Origin: Octopus vulgaris
Taxonomy: Eukaryota
Length of the DNA: 64,000 nt
NCBI GenBank assembly: GCA_951406725.2
Contig: OX597833.1
Span: 11,408,001 to 11,472,000, forward strand
Reading direction: 5' to 3'
The translations under genes and the position numbers were made by a program. Positions 55,764-64,000 of this stretch are shown piece after piece (within the stretch, counting starts at the first letter, position 1; every line of letters starts with the position of its first letter). A model generated the notes under the pieces. The model did not search any database. It was not told where the DNA came from and was given only the letters and a program-made list of their open reading frames with translations.

Positions 55764-55958
55764 CTTGAATTAGTAAGAATAAATCAATTAAAAAAGATAT
55801 AAAGCAAAATTATATATGAAATAACGGAAACATTCATTACAATTTTTCACTTAAAAGAAGTCATGTTTAATCACGTGTGAACGAATTGTGGTGTATATAT
55901 GTTAGTGTTTATATGAGTGTAAACTGTGTGTTGCTGAATCGTAACTGTACATATACCT

Positions 55959-56003
<45 letters not shown>

Positions 56004-56005
56004 GA

Positions 56006-56311
56006 TAAAATAAAACATGATGCCAAGGATTCAGCGGTACATATTTTTCGGGCCTTTATTAGACAGATTTATAACAATGCATAATGTATGTCTGTGGCCT
56101 TCTTCAGCCGCGCACAACAACTTCTTCCACAAGGACATGTGTTACATCAATAATTCTTGGTTGATGATGCAAATCCTCTCATTCGCGTACGACTTAATGC
56201 GGCAACAGCATAGAAGTGAAGCGTCCATCTCGTTCTTCTCTCAATGTAGAATGTCTAATAAAGGCCCGAAACATATGTATCGCTGAATCCTTGGCATCAT
56301 GTTTTTATTTT
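56006..56311. mobile_element. Penelope-type pseudo-LTR relic: ~60-bp inverted arms with hammerhead motif
   Basis: 56006-56065 is the reverse complement of 56252-56311. Flanked by (TA)n and absent from the same intron of copy B. Confidence 0.65.
56034..56111 (-). ncRNA. Type I hammerhead ribozyme motif
   Basis: Minus strand GCGG-CUGAAGA-aGGCC...GGCCc-GAAA-aAUAUG-UA-CCGC: perfect 4-bp stem I, GUA site. The inverted arm keeps the palindromic ACAUAUGU. Confidence 0.65.
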
Positions 56312-56399
56312 GATGAATTTATTCCACCACCTACACCACCTAACTGTATATACAGGTGCTTACATTTATCAAGTACTCACCCCAAATTTCTGTACTCAA

Positions 56400-56464
<65 letters not shown>

Positions 56465-57974
56465 ATGTATGTATATATATCGTAGTAAGCAACGAGGATA
56501 TCCAGAGATAATGCGGCACGATTGTTTCATGCAACTCCATTTATATATATATATGTTTTGTGTATGCGGGTAAGTATTTGTGGTTACGACGTGGATTATT
56601 ATGTATGTTTGCATGGGGTAGGTGTTTCTCGGTTGATGTGAATAGATGGAGGAAAAGAACGATATTTTATAACGCATGCACTCGTGTTTATCGGAAATGG
56701 AAAAGATGTTCACGTGTGAACGGGGATATTTTGGGTGGTGGAAAGTGTAGGAGGTTTGAGTAGGACAATACGGGAGACGACGAGATGCAGAGATGTGGTG
56801 GGTAACCGTCGATGAAATGTTGTTTAGTTGATCAAACGAGAGTCTGGCTAAACCTCTCGTTTAGACTCGGACGAATCAGGCTTACAAAGACGTTATGATC
56901 ACACAGACTTTTTTTCATGCAATACACAGAAACGAGGTGGGAGGAAAAATTGTGAGGTTCAGTGATGGCGTAGTGCTTAAGATGAATGGACGGCGGAGTG
57001 GGCGACCGATAAAGGATACGTGTAGGGTTTATAGAGAGAAGATTCGGAGCACTTTTAGGGATTGTGAGGTTGATTGGGGAAGAGGTTTGTAGCAGCAGTT
57101 TTGAATTGGAAGTTTCGGAATTACCTTACAAAGATATACTGGATAATTAATGAGGTGATGTGGTGCATGAAAAGAGCAAGGTTTTAGCGATAGGACGATT
57201 TCGGTGAGGCGGAGAAGAATAGAAGTGCATTCTGTACTCTGTTGTGTTCTCTCACTAATATTTAGTCTCTCTCTATTTTACTTAATGAATTAAGTCCTTC
57301 GCTTTTTCCATCAGTTACAGTATGTGGCTTGTCCAGTCCTCATTCTACATTGTGCGTTCATTCCATTAATATTTTACAGTCACTGTCGTCAATTCTAATA
57401 GACTCAATTCAATTTAGCCCACACCTACGATCACCGGGCACTCTAGTTAATGATAGTCACGTGGCCACTATTCAGCTCTGGTCACTCACGTACAATACCA
57501 CCATCCGTAGCCTGTACAATTGATCACCAGTTAGCAGCCTCGGTATTTGATATCTACAATCCAAAGCTGGTCAGTCTGAAATTCTTGATCGCCATGGTGG
57601 TTTTCAGTTCAGCCCTGTCTGTAATTTAACGTAGAGATATCTATATTCTGTAGTTAGACAACATCCTTTTCACTTGGTCCGTAGTAGACAACATATAATA
57701 TTCTGATTTGACCAAATACCTACAAAGGAGTAAGCAGTCTTGTGTAGTGTCTGTATAGTCTACAGGTATAGACGTTTGAAACGTGACATATCATAAAAGG
57801 ATTTGAGAATGTTTATGTCAGACAACCCGACAAAGGGTGAGTGTGTGTGCATGTGCGTGAGAGAGAGGGTGAGAGAGAAAGAGAGGCAACAAAAAGAGAG
57901 AATGAGAGGTATAAAAAGAGAACAAGAGAAAGACAAAAAGAGAATGAGAGGTCAGAAATATAAAGTATACTAAC

Positions 57975-58049
57975 CGTCATATACAAGGTTTGAATAAGGA
58001 GGACAAGTTGTTCTGCCCCACCGGGTATACAATGATCCGAGACCGGGTT
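57975..58049 (-). CDS. Exon 3 of C4-like copy D
   Basis: 75 bp with AG/GT; encodes PGLGSLYTRWGRTTCPPYSNLVYD(G). Confidence 0.85.
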
Positions 58050-58449
58050 CTGTGAAATTAAAATGAAATAATGTAGTTTAAAAGAAAGAATTGGGGGATC
58101 ATTTACAAAGTAGGTTTTTGGATGGGAAGGAATTGATGGAGAAGAGAGAAATATAGAATTTAAGAAAGAACGAGTGAATGAATGAAAGTCAGAACGAAAG
58201 ATGTAAATAATAAGAATAAATTGTAAAGAAAGAAAAAAGACATTTGTCTGTTGAGCCTGTTGGTGACGTTGATGTCAAAGATTTGAGAGATTAATCTCAG
58301 AATATCAGAATGTGTATCGGTCTCCGCTATGAACGGATGTATGTATGATACGTAAACTTGGGTATGAGTATATATACTTCTCAATAGAATAATGATAAAA
58401 CTCAATAGAATAATGATAAAATATTCGCCAGGTGCGAATATTCATCGGT

Positions 58450-60370
58450 CAATTACAAATATCAGTTTGGAGCTCGGCGCAAATAAGGCCATCATAACTA
58501 CAATATGAAAATAACAACCATACCGCATCATTTGTCGATTTAGTTAAAAGACATCGCATCCGGATCTCGAGTAGAGGAGTCCGTTCGATAAATGTATAGC
58601 ACAACCCACCCAATACCGGTGCAACCAGCAAGAAGCCTGCAAATTAATCTGGGGTGCTTGGGGTGGGAGCACAAAATTGACGGTCTCAGGAAACCAAAGC
58701 AGATCAAGAAGGGAACAACCTTTAATAATTGAGAATTAAAACGTCAAAATTGTTAGATATAATCTGCCTGTAAGATATAATCGGTGTCTCCTCTACAAAA
58801 TTTCCTTTCTCCGATAGCGTACACCTGGATAAATGCTTGAAACTCCACTACGCAACTCTGGTGCCAACAATGTCTGCACAGGTGGGATTAGGATACTCTC
58901 AATCCCCAGCTTCTGGACTGTATTATGGAGTGCAACCTACTAGGTGTGAGGGTTCACCTCTTGAAGCTAAGGCTGAATATGAAGGACCACTGTGGCTGCT
59001 GTAAGTATATGCAGCAAACAGCGGGGTCAAATACAAATCCTTCCTAAGCAAATTCACCTCAGCTTTAGATATATTTGGGGTAAAGTCATTTGTCGTGCAT
59101 GGTGACTTCAGTGCACACCTTGGCACTGATAACCGTGAGAAGGATTGATTGGAAGGAATGTCGTCAGTGAACTTAATGGAGAGGTCATAGCAGCCTTCTG
59201 TGCAGGATACACACTCTCCTCTCTATGGTATAGATATTATTTTAAGACAGGGATATTTATAAGGGTGCCTGGTATAGAAATACTTGGTGACAGAGGTTTT
59301 GATAGATTTCGGTCATCTTTCACTCTTTGCTGAACGTTCGGGTAAAAGGAAGGGGTGGAGTTGTCAACTCGTCACTACCTAAATGTCTGAAAACCTGAAA
59401 ATTCCTACAGTCTGCCGAACACTGGAAATTGGTAAGTCCAGTGCGACCTACAGAATACAGTTGGAAGCCGCAGTGGATGCTGGGATCAGAAACAAAATGT
59501 GGAGACTTTTGCACCCAAATTGTGAGTGACCCGCCTGAATTAAGTTGGACATCGAAATGGATTCGTGGTTGTATTATTATTTTCGGCAGGTTCTTCTTCG
59601 GTTGAATGCTTATTTGAGCTGAACTCACTTAAAAGTGTTGAAGCTGCTGGTGAAAAGCACGTTCGGCTTGATATTTTAGAAACCTTAAATACAGATGGTA
59701 TTCTCTGAGTGACCCATGTATGCTAGGTGGATGGGACCTCTGGAAAAAACACCAAGGCAATGGTAATATGGGGAGACAATCACAATTTTTTCAAACAGAG
59801 ACCAAAGATTGTGTTCTAATTATAGAAAAGTCTACACTAGATGTCAGGAAACGATATGTAGGGAAATTGTCGTCCCAAGATTACTGTCCAGGACGCAGTA
59901 CACCCGACCAGATAGTCATTCAAAGACAAATCTTGCAGCAAACATTGAAATATTTCCAAGGTTTATACGCTGTAAACCACGAAAATGCACACGATCACGT
60001 GCCCTGGGACATGTTGCGGATTTGTTTACGAGGAAGGTGATTTTAATGGGCAAATACTGGTTGCCATAAAGTACTTATATGGATGTTCAAATGATTGTAT
60101 TTATGTAAAAGTCGAAAGTTTTCAACGTGAAGGTTTCACTTAGTTGAAGTGTGCATTGTTAGTGTCCCTTCTCACATTCTTTTTTGTGAACTGGTTGAAT
60201 AAGCGTGGCCATTGTGGTAGAGGTATCCCGATTCATCTCCACTTGATCGGTCGTCTGTTATTTGTAGACGACATCCTGCTACCTGATTCGTCTGATGGTC
60301 ACCAACAACATGCACTGAATGGGTTGGCTGCCGAGTACCCCAAGGCAGGATTGACAAATACCGACTTTGT
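58450..60370 (+). pseudogene. Degenerate RTE-clade LINE in intron 2 of copy D
   Basis: CPGRSTPDQI..RQILQQ..ENAHDHVPW; RLLFVDDILLPDSSDGHQQHALNGLAAE. Confidence 0.75.
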
Positions 60371-60665
60371 AGGAAAGTGGAACATCATTATTTCGGGTCT
60401 CTATTCACGAATGATTGGAAGCACAAGAGTGGACAGAATGCAGAATTGTAGATATAAACGCAGTGAAGCGCCAGCTCGGGCATTTGATTCTCAGATGAAG
60501 AGGGCTTGGTACAATTATCGAGGTAGCACTGGATATATACTCATATACACACAATATTGTGGACATATGGATAGTAATTTGGAACTAATTTAAAGTTGGT
60601 GAAATTATAAATCATTAGTTAATGAGACACGGGTAAAAGACTTTAGCCATAAAATTAGTTCTTAC

Positions 60666-60717
60666 TTGGTGTGTCATCAGGTTTATCGTCGAGAGATTTC
60701 TTGGAGATGAAACGGTT
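60666..60717 (-). CDS. Exon 2 of C4-like copy D (exon 1 expected just beyond 64000)
   Basis: 52 bp with AG/GT; NRFISKKSLDDKPDDTP. 63350-64000 matches the sequence that precedes exon 1 in the other copies. Confidence 0.8.
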
Positions 60718-60816
60718 CTGTGAAAAAATAGAAATAGCATCATATAAATAGAACTTCAGGGTATTTATTATCGTTTAGAACTTAAAACAATACAATGGAT
60801 GACAACATATTCGGGC

Positions 60817-61080
60817 AGGTATCATTGCCAACAATACCATCTCAACCCCTTAGGAATCTTCTAGAAGGCGCTTCAATCCAGTCAAAGGATTTTCTGAACA
60901 ATATCAGACAATACAATTCTGCATTTCAAATGACATCGTTTGGTGAATCTAAGAAGATAGATAAACATGAATTTACGCCGACGTCAAAGTTCAAGGGCAA
61001 GTCTATCCCCTCATTGGTTCCCTGGTACCCGCGAATGAACAACCACAGTTCCTCCAAATTTGCTCTATGAGTGATGTAGG
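60817..61080 (+). pseudogene. Helitron fragment (duplicated)
   Basis: FLNNIRQYNSAFQMTSFG motif. Confidence 0.7.
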
Positions 61081-61424
61081 ACAACAAACCCGACGTGAGG
61101 TGTCAAAATTTCCGATGATGGGTCGTGTTAGACACAGCGCACACTGCTGCAAAGGAGAGTATATCCACTGACAGCATTTCGGTGCCTTCAAAAATCACAC
61201 AAACCCCACCTCCAATTTAGCATGACAGGTTAGGGCCTGAATCACTCCAAATGGAGGCATAGCATGTTGCTTAGTCGAATTATCCCAGCATTTACTCTAC
61301 AAATGTTTTGTTGTCAATGTTGCACTTTCCCATATCAACTGATTCAAAACGACTGGAATATATTATATACCAGATTTGCCATGTTAATCCCCAGCAATAC
61401 CGGGTATGTCTGCTAGTACACACA

Positions 61425-61468
<44 letters not shown>

Positions 61469-62869
61469 GACATATACACACACATATTTCTACATATAAT
61501 ATATATATATATTTATATATATATATACACACACACATGTATATATATAGTTAAATTTAATCCAAATAAGAAAGCACAAAAAACACAACAACGCAAGGAC
61601 GTGGAACAAAGATAGTATTATTGGACGCTCAGGAAAGAAGGAAAGAAGGAGGGTTTAACGTTTCGGGTGGAGCTCTTCGTCGGAAACATACGAGATGGAA
61701 AGATCCAGAGGAGGGAAGACAGAGGAAAAAAATCGCCAACGGTACACACGCGTCACATTTTGAATAACCGGAAGGAAATGGGTGAAGAAAAGTTCTTTCA
61801 AAGACAGGAGAGTGGTAGAGGAGGAGAAATGTGTGTGTAAGTGTGAATAAGAGCGTGAGCGGTGGTCTGCGTGTGTATGTCTGTGTGTAGGTGTGCAATA
61901 ATAACACGTGTGTGTGTATGTGTGTGTGTTTGTGGTTGTGGCTGTTAAACTTTGCGTGTTGTAGGGTTAGTAGTGTTAAGGTCAAGGAAGAAGGAATTGG
62001 GCGTGGCTCCTTTTGTCTCTACCACAGGTCAAGTAGTAGGTACTGCTAGTTTGAAGTATGTGTGTGTGTGTGTGTGTATGTATATGTATCGTGTGTGTGC
62101 ATTGTTTGTAGTGTGTGTGTGTGCATGTGTGTGTGTTCGTGTGTGTAGGCGTAGAGTTAGGGTGTTTGGCGAATAACAGTGCTTTACAGAGTGTATGTGT
62201 GCGTGTGTGTGTATGTGTATATGTGTGCAATGATGACACGTGTGCGTGTGTGTGTAGAGTTTGGGTGTGTGGCGAATAACTGTGCGTATGTGTGTATACA
62301 TGTATGTATAATTGTGCGCGTGTATGTATTATTGTGTACCGTGTGTATGGGACGTATGTGTGGGTTCATTTGTGTGTGTGTGTATGTATGTGCGTGTGTC
62401 TCGTATGTGCGTGAGTGCATGTACGTGTAGGTTTGTATGTGTGTGTGTAAGCGTATATGGGTGTATATACGTGTATCCGTGGGGTTGTGAGTTTTCTGTG
62501 TGTGCATTAATGTGCGTGTGTACGTGCGTATGTGTGCGCATGTTTTTGCGTGCGTGTGTGTGTGTGTCTGTGTCTATATGTGTATACGGATGTGTATGTG
62601 TGTATGTATATGTATCGGTGTGTATGTGAATTTGTACATGCGTGTGTGTTTTGGGTTTTTCTGGAGTTGTGTGGGAGTAATGTGCGTGCGTGTGTGCGCT
62701 TAAGTACGTGTATGTGCGTGTGTGTCTGTGCCCATGTGTGTATAAGTGTGTGCGTATCTGTATGAGTATTGTTCGTTAAAGGTATATGTGGACATCTGTG
62801 CTGGTGTGTGTGTATGTACGTGTGGATGCGTGTGTGCGTGTATTGTGTGCGTATGATGCATATATCTCC

Positions 62870-63145
62870 GTGATCACCGTTACAGACCAGTTGTTGCTAC
62901 ATATCGCTGGTCACAATGCGCTTCGCGTTGTTTTAGCCTTCAAATGACGCCACCCCGCGGGCTAAGCGAGCAGGCCAACAGAAGAAAGGGAGAAAGTTGT
63001 AGCGAAAGAGTACAGCAGAGATCAACACAACCCACTCCCTGAGCCTCGTGGAGCATTAAACACTCACAACGCCCAGTCTGGGAATCGAAACCGCGATCCT
63101 ACAAACGTGACTCCGCTGCACTAATCACTGGGCCACTGCGCTTCA
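62870..63145 (-). mobile_element. tRNA-derived SINE, second family (duplicate of 49590-49866)
   Basis: A/B boxes on the minus strand. Confidence 0.7.
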
Positions 63146-63215
63146 CACACACACACACACACACCAGAGCCATGTCAGTAAATTTGGTAGATTGAGACTG
63201 AAAGAAGGGTGCTAT

Positions 63216-63248
<33 letters not shown>

Positions 63249-63249
63249 A

Positions 63250-63296
<47 letters not shown>

Positions 63297-63319
63297 TATA
63301 CAAACACACACACACACAA

Positions 63320-63358
<39 letters not shown>

Positions 63359-64000
63359 CACATCAATATATACGTATCTACTTATACGCATACACACACA
63401 CAAACGCACACATATATGTGAGTGGACATTCACTGTATAGTGTGGTTGTTCGTGTACAATTGAGCACGTGTGTCTGTGTGCGTGCGTATGTGTGTGTGTT
63501 TGTGTTTATTTGTGCGTGTGTTTGTCCGTGTGTCTGTGTGTATGTATTTACATTCGTTCTTACATATTGTCATATATAAAAACCAACGTGAATTACAGTC
63601 AAACATTACGAAATTCACCGATCTACATTGGCACTCGCACGTTTTATTTTCAGTTGGAAAGAAAAGATTCAAAAAAACTCGCCTCACTTCCGTTCCTGAT
63701 GGAGAGAAATAGATAAATGTGTGTAAATATGTACGTATTCCTATGTGTGCGTGTGTGTGTGTTTGTATGTGTCTGTTTCTGTGCGTGTGTGTAAGTGTAC
63801 ATCTAGATATAATACTTAACACTAATATTAATAGGGCTAAACGTTGCAGCGACAGGGCATGGCCATGCTAGAACCCCACCATTAGATTTTTTTCATTACG
63901 CACTTATTTCCCTCTCCAGGATTATGTCTGGTGAAAGAGCGATCGGACAGGAGTACAATTCCACCCTTCTTTGTGTTTACTTGGGATGTGTGTATATGTA

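Overview
Eukaryotic, microsatellite-dense genomic DNA. The SINEs, (TACA)n/(CA)n/(TA)n tracts and very GC-rich, divergent rRNA suggest an Octopus-type cephalopod (inference). The backbone is a minus-strand tandem cluster of 4-exon genes for a predicted type II membrane protein with a short-chain collagen C4-like (spongin-related NC1-like) C-terminal domain and no Gly-X-Y helix. It holds one reconstructable gene (exons 29971-29828, 15317-15266 or 19098-19047, 12557-12483, 10899-10400), one copy with a 1-bp frameshift, one decayed chimeric copy and one copy running off the left edge. Introns and spacers contain mobile DNA: a gypsy-type LTR with tRNA-Leu PBS and unusually long inverted ends; a Tx1/L1-like LINE nested in a HERO-like RLE element; a second HERO copy cut by a Penelope-like RT/GIY-YIG element; RTE, R4/Dong, mariner and Helitron relics; SINEs; and foldback repeats carrying hammerhead-ribozyme motifs. 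At 34.2-41.9 kb lies a 7.7-kb rDNA orphon (28S middle, 1.7-kb foreign insert starting at the R2 target site, IGS-like subrepeats, 5.8S, ITS2, 28S 5' end), bounded by an 8-bp direct repeat. All family assignments come from motif recognition by eye; no searches were run.
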